Shown here one piece after another: positions 22,704 through 33,590 of a DNA stretch of 64,000 nucleotides. The translations under genes were made by a program, and so were the position numbers. Each line of letters begins with the position of its first letter. Position 1 is the first letter of the stretch. Under the pieces are notes generated by a model. That model was given only the letters and a program-made list of their open reading frames with translations. It had not been told where the DNA came from and did no database searches. This DNA is from Nitrospirota bacterium (GTDB lineage: Bacteria > Nitrospirota > UBA9217): NCBI GenBank assembly GCA_963741205.1, contig CAVUHW010000013.1, positions 32,001 through 96,000 of the forward strand, in the 5' to 3' direction.

Positions 22704-23510
22704 ATGAGAATCGCCGGAATACAGATAAGTGCCGGACCGGACATCGAGCGAAACGTCCAGCGCGCCGTGGACATGGCCGAGGTAGCGGCGGAGAAGGACG
22801 CAGGGATCATCTGCTATCCCGAACTGTTTCTGACCCCCTGGTTCCCGAGGCGTGAGGACAAGGCGCTCCGCTCCCTGGCCGCGAACGCCGCAAGCGAAAC
22901 ACTCGCGCGGTTTCAATCCCTTTCTGAGAACACGAAAACCGTTCTCATCGTTCCCTTCTTTGAATCAGCGGACGACAAAAATTATAACAGCGCCGCGGTT
23001 TTCGACTCCGGAAAGCTCGTCGGCGTGTACCGCAAGATGCACCTGCCTGACCTTCCGCTCTACCGCGAACAATTTTACTTCTCAGCCGGCGACGCCGGCT
23101 TTCCCGTATTCGAAACCTCGAAAGGAAAGATCGGCGTCCAGATCTGCTGGGACAACCTGTTCCCCGAGGGCAGCCGCATCCTCGCGCTTAAAGGCGCGGA
23201 GATCATCTTCTCGCCCACCGCGGCGTCGATCAATACGCACAGCCTCTGGGAACGCGCCATTACGGCAAACGCCTTTGCGAACAATCTTTTCATCTTCCGG
23301 GTGAACCGCGTGGGGAAGGAAGAAGGCATCTCGTTTTACGGCCGGAGCTTCTGCGCGGACCCCTGGGGCGAAATGGTTTCCGAGCTTGCAGGCGGAAAAG
23401 AGGCGATCGTCATCGCGGACATCGATCCTGCCGAGCGCAAAGCAGCCGCAGAAACCTGGGGCTTCCTCAACCACCGCAGGCCCGGGGAGTACGGGGACCT
23501 GGTGAAGTAA
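22704..23510 (+). CDS. Nitrilase/carbon-nitrogen hydrolase (N-carbamoylputrescine amidase-like)
   Basis: E-K-C triad: YPEL, YRKMHLP, ICWD. Confidence 0.9.
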   Translation: MRIAGIQISAGPDIERNVQRAVDMAEVAAEKDAGIICYPELFLTPWFPRREDKALRSLAANAASETLARFQSLSENTKTVLIVPFFESADDKNYNSAAVFDSGKLVGVYRKMHLPDLPLYREQFYFSAGDAGFPVFETSKGKIGVQICWDNLFPEGSRILALKGAEIIFSPTAASINTHSLWERAITANAFANNLFIFRVNRVGKEEGISFYGRSFCADPWGEMVSELAGGKEAIVIADIDPAERKAAAETWGFLNHRRPGEYGDLVK

Positions 23511-23574
23511 TTTCTGACGGCCGAAGACCTTTCCCCGAACAGTTTCCGAATCCTCTACTCGAATTTTTTCTCTC

Positions 23575-24087
23575 GTGGATCACATGGACCTTCTAGAAGG
23601 AATATACACCCGCAGGAGCATCCGGCAATATACGGACCAGCCTGTCGAGCGGGAGCAGCTGCTCGAGATCATCAAGGCCGGGACCTGGGCTCCTTCGGGA
23701 ATGAACAACCAGCCTTGGCGGTTCGTGATCGTCACGAGCGCTCAAGTCAGGAAAGACCTTGCGAAGCACACCAGGTACAACTTCATCATCGAGCGAGCGC
23801 CGGCATGCATCGCGGTTTTTGTGGACAGGACTGCCATGTATAACGACGTCAAGGACCATCAGTCCATGGGGGCCTGCATCCAGAACATGCTGCTCGCCGC
23901 TCATGCCCTCGGCCTGGGAGCTGTCTGGCTCGGCGAGATACTGAGGAATGCGGATGGAGTGCGTGTGCTTCTTGGGTTGCCGCAGGATATGGAACTCATG
24001 GCGGTGGTGGCGTTCGGGCATCCTGCTTCTCCGAAGCACTCGTCGAAACGCAAAGACGTATCCGAAGTACTGATCAAAGAGTTGTAG
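23575..24087 (+). CDS. Nitroreductase family protein
   Basis: RRSIRQY, APSGMNNQPWRF, QNMLLAAHALGLGAVW. Confidence 0.92.
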   Translation: MDHMDLLEGIYTRRSIRQYTDQPVEREQLLEIIKAGTWAPSGMNNQPWRFVIVTSAQVRKDLAKHTRYNFIIERAPACIAVFVDRTAMYNDVKDHQSMGACIQNMLLAAHALGLGAVWLGEILRNADGVRVLLGLPQDMELMAVVAFGHPASPKHSSKRKDVSEVLIKEL

Positions 24088-24153
24088 TTTTCTCCGTGGC
24101 TATCGATCATCCCTGCCTGTTTAACCAATTTTCAAATCGCTCATATAACCGCT

Positions 24154-24238
24154 CGTCATCCCCGAAAGCTTCTATCGGGGATCTGGTTTCCCAAACGATA
24201 AAACCGGATTCCCGCTCAGAATCTCTGCGGGAATGACG
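24154..24238. repeat. GTCAT...ATGAC REP-like repeat, copy 3
   Basis: CGTCATCCCCGA..TCGGGGAT...GGATTCCCGC..GCGGGAATGACG, flanked by TATAAC/GTTATA. Confidence 0.8.
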
Positions 24239-24311
24239 CGAGGTGGAGTTATAGAGGGGCCCATTTGCTATAATAATTTCAGGCCCGCATCACGCAGTTA
24301 TGGAAAAATCT

Positions 24312-25343
24312 ATGAAAGCCATGGTGCTCAAAAAAACCTCCGACCTCACCGAAAACCGGTCTCCCCTTGAACCGGTCGATCTGCCGGTCCCCGTCCCCAC
24401 GGAGCATGAAATCCTCATCAAGGTTTCGGTCTGCGGAGTTTGCCACACGGAGCTGGACGAGATCGAGGGAAGGACGCCGCCTACGAAACTTCCAATCATC
24501 CCCGGCCACCAGATCGTCGGCCGGGTTGTGCAAGGGGGGAGCAGGACCGATATGTTCAAGATCGGCGCAAGAGTCGGCGTTGCTTGGATTCACTCCGCCT
24601 GCGGAAAGTGCATATTCTGCGCGAGCGGCCAGGAGAATCTCTGTGAGAAGTTCAAGGCCACGGGGAGAGACGCGGATGGCGGGTATGCGGAGTATGCCGC
24701 AGTCCCTGAAGCATTCGCCTACGAGATACCTCAGGTCTTCAGCGACGCCGAGGCAGCCCGCTCTTCTGTGCGCAGGGGCCATCGGCTATCGTTCGCTCCG
24801 TCTGGCAGATATGAGGGACGGAGACAATATCGGGCTTACGGGATTCGGCGCATCCGCCCATCTCGTGCTGAAGATGGTCCGATATCTCTATCCACAATCA
24901 AAGGTCTTTGTCTTCTCCCGCACGGAAGGCGAGCGGCAATTCGCCAAAGAGCTCGGCGCTGTCTGGTCGGGAGACGTTGGGGAGGAATCGCCGGAGAGGC
25001 TTCGCGCCGTCATCGACACAACTCCCGCCTGGAGGCCCGTGGTCGAGGCGATGAGGAACCTTGCAGAGGGGCGGGAGGCTTGTGATCAACGCGATCCGGA
25101 AGGAAGACCGGGACAAAGAATCACTGCTCGCGCTTGATTACTCCGCGCGATCTCTGGATGGAGAAGGAGATCAAGAGCGTGGCGAACATCACGAGAAAAG
25201 ATGTCGAGGAGTTCCTTGCGCTTGCCGGGAAGATTGGGATCAAGCCTGAGGTCCAGGAATATCTGCTAGAAGATGCGAATACCGCGCTTTTAGAATTGAA
25301 AGAACGGAAGATACGGGGAGCGAAGGTGCTCAGGATCGGATGA
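24312..25343 (+). CDS. Zinc-dependent alcohol dehydrogenase family protein (frameshifted)
   Basis: CGVCHTE, PGHQ, CGKCIFC..ENLC, LLCAG, GFGASAH. Confidence 0.9.
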
Positions 25344-25346
25344 ATC

Positions 25347-26637
25347 TCAGTCCGTCCGAACCATCTCCGCGACGCATTCAATGTGATAGGTATAGGGGAA
25401 CATGTCCACAGGCTGGAGCCGGTCCAGACGGAAGCCGAAGAGGTGAAAGAATTTCAGGTCCCGGGCCAGGGTGGAGGGGTTGCACGAGACATAAATGATC
25501 TTCTGCGGGACGAAGGCGAGGACGCGTTCAAGGGTTTTCAGGGTCGCGCCGGCGCGGGGCGGGTCGAGCACGATTACTTCCGAACGCATTTTGCGCTGGA
25601 TCAGCGTTTTTAATCCTTTTTGCAGGTCGTCGGCGATGAATTCCGCGTTGGTGATGTTGTTCAATGCGGCGTTCGCCTTTGCGTCATCGATGGCTGCGTA
25701 GCCCGATTCGATACCGATGACCGCTTTGGCCTTTTGCGCGAGGGGGAGGGAGAAATTGCCGATGCCGCAGTAGAGGTCGAGTACGGTCTCTTCACCGGAA
25801 AGCGCGGCAAAATCAAGGACCGTCTTGACCATGTTCCTGTTCTGTTCCCAGTTGACCTGGAAAAAATTCCCTTCCGTAGCGTGGAGCTTAAGCCCCCCGA
25901 GCTCGAGCGCGAGCTGGTTCCTGCCGAGGGCAGAGACCTTCTTCCTGTTTGCGAAGCCGGAGATGCCGATCACTTCCGGGACCACTTTCCCGAGGTCCGT
26001 AAAAAAGGCCTCCAGCGAAGGCAGCGTGTCCTGCTCGCTGAACAACAGCACGTGCACGTCTCCCGAAGGGGTGGCATTGATATGAATCTCCGCGAGCGGC
26101 GGCAGCCGGTCGGCCAGCATCCGTACACCCTTGAGGGTTTTGTTGATGAGGGGATTTATCAGAAAGGCGTCGTCGACCTCGATAAGGTCGTAGGAGCCCT
26201 GCCGGAAAAAGCCGATCCGCTGTTTTCCTCCCGATGTCCTGACATTGAACTGCGTTCTCAGGCGGTAATGGTCAATGCGGGGAGAGGAAATGACGGGAAG
26301 GGGACGCTTCGGTGTTATCCCTCCGATCCTCGCGAGCGTGTCCAGCAGGATCTCCTGCTTGAAGGCAAGCTGAGCCGGGTACGAGATGTGCGGCCACGTC
26401 GCGCCGGTGCATTGTTTTTCCCCGTTGCACGGGGGGGAGATGCGGTCCTTTGACGGTGTGATGACCTCGACGAGGTTTGCTTCCAGGAACCCTTTCCGCT
26501 TGCGCCTGATCTCGATCCGCACCCGCTCGCCGGGAAGCGACCCCGGAAACGAACACAGCCTGACCGCTTTCCAGCCGCGCCAGGCCGCTTCCGCCGTGCA
26601 CGAGTTTTTCGACGATGACCTCTGCATGTTCCTTCAT
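25347..26637 (-). CDS. rlmD: 23S rRNA m5U methyltransferase with TRAM domain (frameshift near 26555)
   Basis: EKLVHGGSG, LPGE, FFQVN, DLYCGIG, LDPPRAG, YVSCNPSTLARD, DMFPYTYHIE; ATG overlaps receiver stop. Confidence 0.88.
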
Positions 26638-26987
26638 CCCAGGATTTTCTTGACGGTTTCCCGCAGCAGGTCCGTATCCGCCGATTTTACAATATACGCG
26701 TCGGAACACCAGCTCCCGAAATCATGCTTGTAATCTTCATAGGCCGTGCAGATGATGACCGGGAGGGTGCTGTCTTTTTCCTTCATCTTGCGCAACGTCT
26801 CGATCCCGTCCATATCGGGCATGCGCATGTCGAGCGTGACGAGGTCGAATTTGGCCGCTTCCATCGCCCCGAGTGCCTGTACGCCGTCTGCGACCGTGGT
26901 CACGGCAAACCCCATATCTTCAAACTCCTCTTTATAGAGCTCCCGGATATTCGCTTCATCATCGACAACCAGAATCTTTTTCATCAT
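26634..26987 (-). CDS. Single-domain response regulator
   Basis: ILVVDDE, LDMRMPDMDG, ICTAY, YIVKS. Confidence 0.93.
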   Translation of the reverse strand: MMKKILVVDDEANIRELYKEEFEDMGFAVTTVADGVQALGAMEAAKFDLVTLDMRMPDMDGIETLRKMKEKDSTLPVIICTAYEDYKHDFGSWCSDAYIVKSADTDLLRETVKKILG

Positions 26988-27146
26988 TGCCTCCTTACCT
27001 GCAGTGAGCCTCTGGTTTACTAAAACTTTTTTTCGACTTTGCTCGCGCTAACGTAACAGGAAAACGCTGACATACTATTGTATGACCTTAATTGAATGCC
27101 CAGTCATTAATCTACTCTAACATGATATTACCGCGCCATGCACAGT

Positions 27147-29540
27147 TCAAGCCTTCTTTTCCTCCGGCTTTGGGATGGGCAGTTTGATCGTGAAAACAGC
27201 CCCCCCGCCTTCCTTGTTACGCAACTCTATCTTTCCGCGGTGGGCCTTTATGATCCTGTTGGTAATGGGTAGGCCCAGGCCGGTGCCGCGCGGTTTGGTG
27301 GTGTAATAAGGGTTGAAGACATTGTGCATGGTCTTCGACGAAATGCCGGGCCCCGTATCACCGAATTCCACCGAGGCCTCCCTCCTATCTTCCGAAAGAA
27401 AGGTCCTGACCGTCAGCGTTCCGCCGTTCTCCATGGCTTCCATGGCGTTCTTCAAAATATTGATGACTGCCTGCTTGATCTGTTGCGGGTCGATCAAGAG
27501 CGCGGGGAGGTCCGGAGACAACTCTCTGCACAAGGCGTATGCGGCGATTGGTCAATTCGTCCTCATAGAGCAGGAAAACGTCCTGGAGCAGGGCGTTCAT
27601 GTCGGTAAGGGCGAACTGCGGGGCCGTCTCCTTGATGTACGTCAGGTTGTCATGGATGATCCCCTCGAGGCGCGAGACTTCGCTCAGGATGATATCGATG
27701 TACTTTTTCTCCTCGCCGTGCTGCATTTTTTTCCCGAGCCGCCGCGTGAACCCGCCGATGGAGACAAGGGGGTTCCTGATCTCATGGGTGATCTCCGCCA
27801 TCATGGCCCCGAGGGCCGCCATTTTTTCAGACTGCACGAGCTGCTCATGGAGGGCTCGCATGTCCTTGTTCATGGTTTCGAGATTCGTGTGGATGATGGC
27901 GTTTTCTATGGCAAGGGCCGACTGATGCGCGAACATGGTGAGGAACCGGACGTCCCGGTCGGTGATGGGACGCTGATTGAACATGTTGTCAACGAGGATG
28001 ACGCCGATGACGCGGTCTTTCGCCACGAGCGGCACCGTCGCGAAGCTGTTGACTGCCAGCAGATTCCGGAGATACTTCGGGACAATCGGATCCGACGCAG
28101 CGTCGGTGATATTGTAGGGTTTCTTGTCGAGCACCGTAAGGGCGAGGACCCCTTCGTTCGGGTCGAGGACGATCCTCATGCCGCGCGCGAGGTCGTTCAA
28201 CGCAGAATCCCGGTGTTCGAAGAGGTCGCCGGTCTGGATCCATTCCATGAGGCTCTTGTGCTTGCCCGACACCTCGCTCCAGGCCCTGCCTGCCTCTTCC
28301 CAGCTCGTCGGGCCGACCCCCATCATTCCCTGGAGCGTGTTGGATCGTTCATTGGTGAGAAGGAGGATCGCCCGGTTGAAGCCCAGGCCTGAGCCGCCCA
28401 TGGTGGCCGCCGTCAGGATGATCCGGAGCAGGCGGTCGAGGTTCAGGGTCGTGCTCATGGCCGTACCGATGTCGTTGAGGATGGCGAGTTCCTGAGCGCG
28501 GGTCCGCGCCTCGGTCGCAAGGTCTTCCATGCGTTCGTACATCGCGGCGTTTTCGACCGCCACGGCGGCGCCGCTCGCCACGGTGGTCAGGAAATGCAGG
28601 TCGTCCTCGTGAAAACGGCTGTCCCTCCTTTTTGTTGTAGACCGTGATGATCCCGATCACCTTGTCGCGGTACAGCAGGGGAACGCTGATGACGGAGCAG
28701 GCGCTGTCGGCCGGGCACTCCGCAAGGGAGGAATCCCCGCGGATGTCCTGGATCAGAAGCGGCTGCTTTTCCCGCGCTACCCGGTCTGTCACGGCAAGAT
28801 CGATCTTTGCATCGACGCTCGTGATGGCGTCCCCGGTCACGCTGTAGGATGCAAAGTCTGTATGGGACGCGATTTCCGGAAGGTTCATGAGTCGGATGGT
28901 GCAGCCCTGGGCACGAAGGGACTGTGCGCTGTTCTTAGCGATCGAGCGACAAGAGCTGCTCGAGGTCGAGGGTGGAGGTGAGCGCCATGCCTATCTCGTA
29001 AATCGTAGCGAGCTCGGACAGGCGGTCCTGGATGTTCTGGATCAGCTGGGTGCTCTTGATCACGCCGCTGACCTGGTTCGCCGTTGTCGTGAGCAGCGTG
29101 AGGTCCGCTGACGTGGCCTGCCAGGTTGATGCGGAGAGCACGAAGATTACGCCGAGGCAGCGGTCCTCGTCCATGATGGGCGCGGCCACGAGGGACTTGA
29201 ATTTGCCGATTCCTGATTCCGGCACGTACTGGAACCGCGGGTCCGAATAGGGGTCCTCGAGCGCGAGCGGCACTTTTTGCTCGGCCACCCATCCCGCAAT
29301 GCCCATGCCGAGCGGAAAGCTCATCCTGCCGATCGGCTCCTGATTCAGCCCGACTGCCGCGGCGAGCGTGACGGTTTTTCCCGAGCGGTCGATAAGGAAG
29401 ACGGACGCCCCGTCCCTGCCCATGCCGCGCGCGACGAGCTCGACGATGCGCCGGAGCTTCTCCGTGAGGCCGATGGCCGAGTTCGATATCCGGCTGATCT
29501 CGCTCAAGATGCCGAGTTCTGTTTTTTCGAGCGCTTCCAT
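27147..29540 (-). CDS. Multi-GAF sensor histidine kinase (frameshifted)
   Basis: Three GAF-like repeats; HEIRNPL H-box, NAMEA, DTGPG, GTGLGL. Confidence 0.88.
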
Positions 29541-29625
29541 GGTGATCCGCAGGGTCAAGCCGCATGGGGCAAGGGTCAAGTTTGTTTTCCCTTGCAACGT
29601 GCTCCTTGCTACATGCCCCTTGCTC

Positions 29626-31071
29626 CTATTCCTTCCTCATCGTCTTCCGGTATACCTTCACGTATTCCTGTGCCGAGTTTTTCCAGGAAAAATCCTGCTT
29701 CATGCCGGTCCGCATCAAGAGCGTCCATTTTTCCCGGTTGCCGTAAACTACGAGCGCCCGCCGCAGACAAGCAATGAGCGCCGGGGACGAATATTCCTTG
29801 AAGACAAAACCGGTCCCCCGGCTCGTCCGGCTGCCGTAGTCAACGACCGTATCAGCGAGTCCGCCGGTCTTCCTGACGACAGGCACGGCGCCGTACCGGA
29901 GCGCTATCATCTGGCCGAGCCCGCACGGCTCGTACTGTGACGGCATGAGGAACAGGTCGCATCCCGCGTAGATGTTCTTGGCGAGTTCCTCGTTGTACTG
30001 GAGGAGCACCCGCATCCGGCCTTCGTTGCGGGTGGCCGCATCGGTCAGAAGACGGTTATATTTTTCGTCTCCGGTCCCCAGAACAACGAGCTGCACACCC
30101 AAAGACAGGATTTCCGGCAGCGCCTCCGTCACGATATCGAGCCCCTTCTGGTCCACCAGGCGCGTGACCATGCCGATCAGCGGGCCTCCGGCATCCGGCA
30201 GGCCGAGACGCTTGAGGAGTTCCTTCTTGCATACGGCCTTGCCGGCAAGACGAGAGGCACTGAAGGATCGCGGCAGGTCTCCTGCCCGGCCGGGGTCCCA
30301 CTCTGCGTAGTCGATCCCATTCAGGATGCCGTAGAGGTCCGCGGCGCGCTTCCTGAGAACGCCATCCAGGCCGCCGCCGTATTCGGGCGTCTGGATTTCA
30401 CGGCTGTAGGTACGGCTCACGGTCGTGATGCTGTCGGCATACACCAAGCCGGCCTTGAGCAGGTTCATCTTTCCCCAGAACTCGAGTCCCCCGGGCGTGA
30501 ACACGTCCCAGTCAAGACCGGTGAGTTTCATGTCCCAGTGCCAGAACAGGCCCTGATAGCCGATGTTGTGCACCGTGAAGACCGACCTTGCTTTGCGAAG
30601 CGCCGCGTCCGCATGGTAGATTTTTTTCAGATAGAGCGGCACGAGCCCGGTCTGCCAGTCATTGCAGTGCACGATGTCGGGTCGCAGGTTCAGGGCGATG
30701 CAGAGCTCCAGGACGGCGCGCGAAAAAAAAATGAAGCGTTCGGCATTGTCGGCATAGTCGGCCCGGGCCGTACCGTAGAGTTCGGGCCGGTCGTAATAAA
30801 CGTCCTTGTTGATGAAATAGACCGTGACATTCCTGCCCATTTTGCCCTTGAGCACGTCGCACCGCTCCCGCCATGTCCCGAGGGGAACGACGAATGAGGC
30901 AACCGGCTTGAGCTTGTATGCATCGACGTCCACCTGCCGGTAGCGCGGCATGACGACGCTCACGTCATGGCCCAGATCCGCGAGGGCCGGTGGAAGGCTT
31001 CCGGCAACGTCCGCCAGCCCGCCGGTCTTCGCGAAAGGCGCCGCCTCAGAGGCGGCAAAGAGGATTTTCAT
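29626..31071 (-). CDS. glgA: Glycogen synthase
   Basis: KTGGLADV, HCNDWQT, TVHNIGYQG, EPCGLGQM. Confidence 0.97.
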   Translation of the reverse strand: MKILFAASEAAPFAKTGGLADVAGSLPPALADLGHDVSVVMPRYRQVDVDAYKLKPVASFVVPLGTWRERCDVLKGKMGRNVTVYFINKDVYYDRPELYGTARADYADNAERFIFFSRAVLELCIALNLRPDIVHCNDWQTGLVPLYLKKIYHADAALRKARSVFTVHNIGYQGLFWHWDMKLTGLDWDVFTPGGLEFWGKMNLLKAGLVYADSITTVSRTYSREIQTPEYGGGLDGVLRKRAADLYGILNGIDYAEWDPGRAGDLPRSFSASRLAGKAVCKKELLKRLGLPDAGGPLIGMVTRLVDQKGLDIVTEALPEILSLGVQLVVLGTGDEKYNRLLTDAATRNEGRMRVLLQYNEELAKNIYAGCDLFLMPSQYEPCGLGQMIALRYGAVPVVRKTGGLADTVVDYGSRTSRGTGFVFKEYSSPALIACLRRALVVYGNREKWTLLMRTGMKQDFSWKNSAQEYVKVYRKTMRKE

Positions 31072-31090
31072 AGCTCGATGGACTCAGGAG

Positions 31091-31233
31091 AAATTTTCAC
31101 CGCAGAGGACGCACCCTGCATTCGCGGTTCCACTCATAAGCGCCGGGCGCAGTCAGGGGCTGCAGAGAAAAGATTTTAGATTCAATATTCAAGATTTAAA
31201 TCTTGGCGCATTCCGCGTCGTCTGCGGTAAATT
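31091..31233. repeat. Nonamer-type inverted-repeat element interrupted by the ~45-bp element
   Basis: AATTTTCACCGCAGAGGACGCA ... TCTGCGGTAAATT; insert at 31110-31152 matches 15038-15081. Confidence 0.65.
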
Positions 31234-31248
31234 CGCGTTTTGCCCGTA

Positions 31249-32250
31249 TCACAATTTTATTTCCCGCAGGAACTTCGCCGCGTCCTCCGGAGGGGTGGGA
31301 TTGATGTAGAACCCCGATCCCCATTCGAAGCCGGCGACATTCGTCAGCTTGGGCATGAGTTCGATATGCCAGTGGTAGTAGTCGTTGCGTTCGTCGCGGA
31401 ACGGCGCGGTATGGATCACATAGTTGTACGGCGGGTTCGAGAGCGCCCGGTCGAGCCGGATGAGGACGTTCTGCAGGAGGCCCGCAAGGTCCTTGAAGTC
31501 GTCGTTTGTCGAACATGCGTAGCAGGAGAGGTGCGTCTTGGGCATGATCCAGGTCTCGAAGGGGAAGCGCGGCGCGTAGGGCGCAAGGGCTATAAAGTGC
31601 GGCGACTCAAGGACGATGCGCGTCCTGGTCTGCATTTCCTGCCGGATGATATCACAGAAGATGCACCGTTCCTTAAGGTCGTAATGCCGCTTGCAGCCTT
31701 CGATCTCCTCCTGCACCTGAATCGGCACGATCGGCAGGGCAATGAGCTGTGAATGCGTATGCTCCAGTGTCGCGCCTGCGATGATCCCCTCGTTCTTGAA
31801 TATCAGGGTGTATTGAAAACGGGTGTCTTTTTTCAGGTCCTCCATGCGGTCCCGGTAGGCCCAGAGCACCTCTTCCATCGCCTTTCTCGGCAGAGTCGCC
31901 AGCGTGGCGTCGTGGTCCGGGCTTTCAATGATCACCTCGTGCGCGCCGATGCCGTTCATCTTGTCGAAGATGCCCTCGCCGGCCTTGTTGAGGTCGCCCT
32001 CGATCTGAAGGGCCGGGAACTTGTTCGGGACCACCCGGAGCCGCCAGCCCGGGCCGTCGGGAGAGGACGCGCCGTTGTCGCGATAGGCGAGAACTTCGTG
32101 CGGCGTGGTCCGCTCGTTGCCGGCGCAGAAGGGGCAGAACCCTGTTCGCTTCTTGTCACGCTGGTCCTTAAAATCGTTGGGGCGTTTGCCCCGCTCCGAT
32201 GAGATGATGACCCATCGGCCTGTTATGAGATCTTTTCGTAATTCTGGCAT
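31249..32250 (-). CDS. galT: GalT-family nucleotidyltransferase (HIT superfamily)
   Basis: ELRKD, RGKRP, CPFC, NKFPAL, GAHEVIIE, HTHSQ, AGFEWG. Confidence 0.88.
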   Translation of the reverse strand: MPELRKDLITGRWVIISSERGKRPNDFKDQRDKKRTGFCPFCAGNERTTPHEVLAYRDNGASSPDGPGWRLRVVPNKFPALQIEGDLNKAGEGIFDKMNGIGAHEVIIESPDHDATLATLPRKAMEEVLWAYRDRMEDLKKDTRFQYTLIFKNEGIIAGATLEHTHSQLIALPIVPIQVQEEIEGCKRHYDLKERCIFCDIIRQEMQTRTRIVLESPHFIALAPYAPRFPFETWIMPKTHLSCYACSTNDDFKDLAGLLQNVLIRLDRALSNPPYNYVIHTAPFRDERNDYYHWHIELMPKLTNVAGFEWGSGFYINPTPPEDAAKFLREIKL

Positions 32251-32294
32251 CGACAACTCCTCGGCCCCGCAATCGTTGAATCAAGGGCGTCTCT

Positions 32295-32323
32295 ATTATA
32301 ACCATCCTCTTCCCGGTTGTCAA
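32295..32323 (-). promoter_or_regulatory. Sigma-70 promoter of galT-glgA
   Basis: TTGACA-N17-TATAAT on minus strand. Confidence 0.75.
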
Positions 32324-32354
32324 AAGAACTCTTGCTGTGCTATGATGAAACGTC

Positions 32355-32831
32355 ATGGCGCGCAGGATCGACAAACTTTCGGCAACCCTCTTCAGGATTC
32401 TCAAGGCACGTGGGATGGAGGGCCGGCTTCACGAGTACCGCATATTCGGGCTGTGGGGCCGCACGGTGGGACCTGCCATTGCCCGCCATGCGCAGCCACG
32501 CGCGCTTCGAGGCAAAAAGCTCGCCCTGATCGTGGATAGCCCTGCCTGGATGCAGCAGCTTTCGCTCATGAAGCCCGAAATCATCGAAAAGCTGAACCGG
32601 GAGCTGGGCGGCGCAACTATCGGCGACCTCACAATGAGGCTGGGCGAAGTCGCGTCATCGGGCGAGCCGGAAGCGGATGAGGGGTCTACCGGCGTGGCGC
32701 TCTCCGCCGACGAGCGGGACACGATAGAGCAGTATGTTCACGACATCGGCGACAGTGAAACCCGCGAAGCCATCAGGCGCGTGATAGAAAAGGATTTCAT
32801 AAACAGGAAAAAAAGGCAGCAACAATCATGA
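32355..32831 (+). CDS. DUF721/DciA-like protein
   Basis: WGRTVGPAIARHAQP, VDSPAWMQQL, IIEKLN. Confidence 0.8.
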   Translation: MARRIDKLSATLFRILKARGMEGRLHEYRIFGLWGRTVGPAIARHAQPRALRGKKLALIVDSPAWMQQLSLMKPEIIEKLNRELGGATIGDLTMRLGEVASSGEPEADEGSTGVALSADERDTIEQYVHDIGDSETREAIRRVIEKDFINRKKRQQQS

Positions 32832-32925
32832 GGCACAGGTCTTCAGCGAATGATGCAACCCATCCAGGGGGCGCTGGGGAATTACGGCCGTCATGGCGCC
32901 CGCTGCGTTGGTTCCCGCGCAGCAT

Positions 32926-33468
32926 TCATTTTTTTGGATAGGCAATACGCCCCTCACGGACCTCGGCCCAGGGCGTCAGCGTGTGGGCCTTCTCAGAGGT
33001 CCTGCTTATGATGTCCATGACCGCAATCCCTTGCACGGTAAGCGCGTCGCCTATGAGCGACCGGTGGCAGCGCCAGGGCACTGCCTCGGCGCACATGATA
33101 ACAGTTCTTCGCTCCTTTGCTGCCGCGATGAGTTCCCGAAGGCTTTCCTCGAACGCCTCTGTCTGCATGTAGTCGGCAAAACCCCGGAACGAAGCATTCT
33201 CCCATCCCTGGTTCACAGAGTCTTTCTTCGCATGCCGCAATCCTCCCAGCCCCGGCATATGCGCATAACCAATACCGGAAGCCTTGAGACTGTTTGCCAG
33301 CGTGTCGCTGGTAAACTGCGGGTTGTGGCGCGACCGGGGAATGGTCCGCACATCGGCCACGAGCTGAATGTCATGCCCTGTCAGCATGTTGATGAATTGA
33401 TCGATGGGATGGGTTGAATGGCCGATGGTAAAGACGACAGTGGCTGTTTTTTCCTCGTACGGTGTCAT
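32926..33468 (-). CDS. DUF488 family protein
   Basis: FTIGHS, DVRTIPRSR, LGG, MCAEAVPWRCHRSLI. Confidence 0.88.
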   Translation of the reverse strand: MTPYEEKTATVVFTIGHSTHPIDQFINMLTGHDIQLVADVRTIPRSRHNPQFTSDTLANSLKASGIGYAHMPGLGGLRHAKKDSVNQGWENASFRGFADYMQTEAFEESLRELIAAAKERRTVIMCAEAVPWRCHRSLIGDALTVQGIAVMDIISRTSEKAHTLTPWAEVREGRIAYPKK

Positions 33469-33486
33469 GATAAAAACTTTGAACAA

Positions 33487-33572
33487 CCCCTCACCTTAAT
33501 CCTCTCCCCTGAAGGGGAGAGGAAACAAAGGAAGCCCCTCTCCCCGAGGGTGAGAGGGCCGGGGTGAGGGGG
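33487..33572. repeat. CCCTCACC/CCTCTCCC double-hairpin REP-like element
   Basis: CCCCTCACC..CCTCTCCCCTGAAGGGGAGAGG...CCCTCTCCCCGAGGGTGAGAGGG..GGTGAGGGG. Confidence 0.75.
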
Positions 33573-33590
33573 GTGTATTCATGCTCACCA

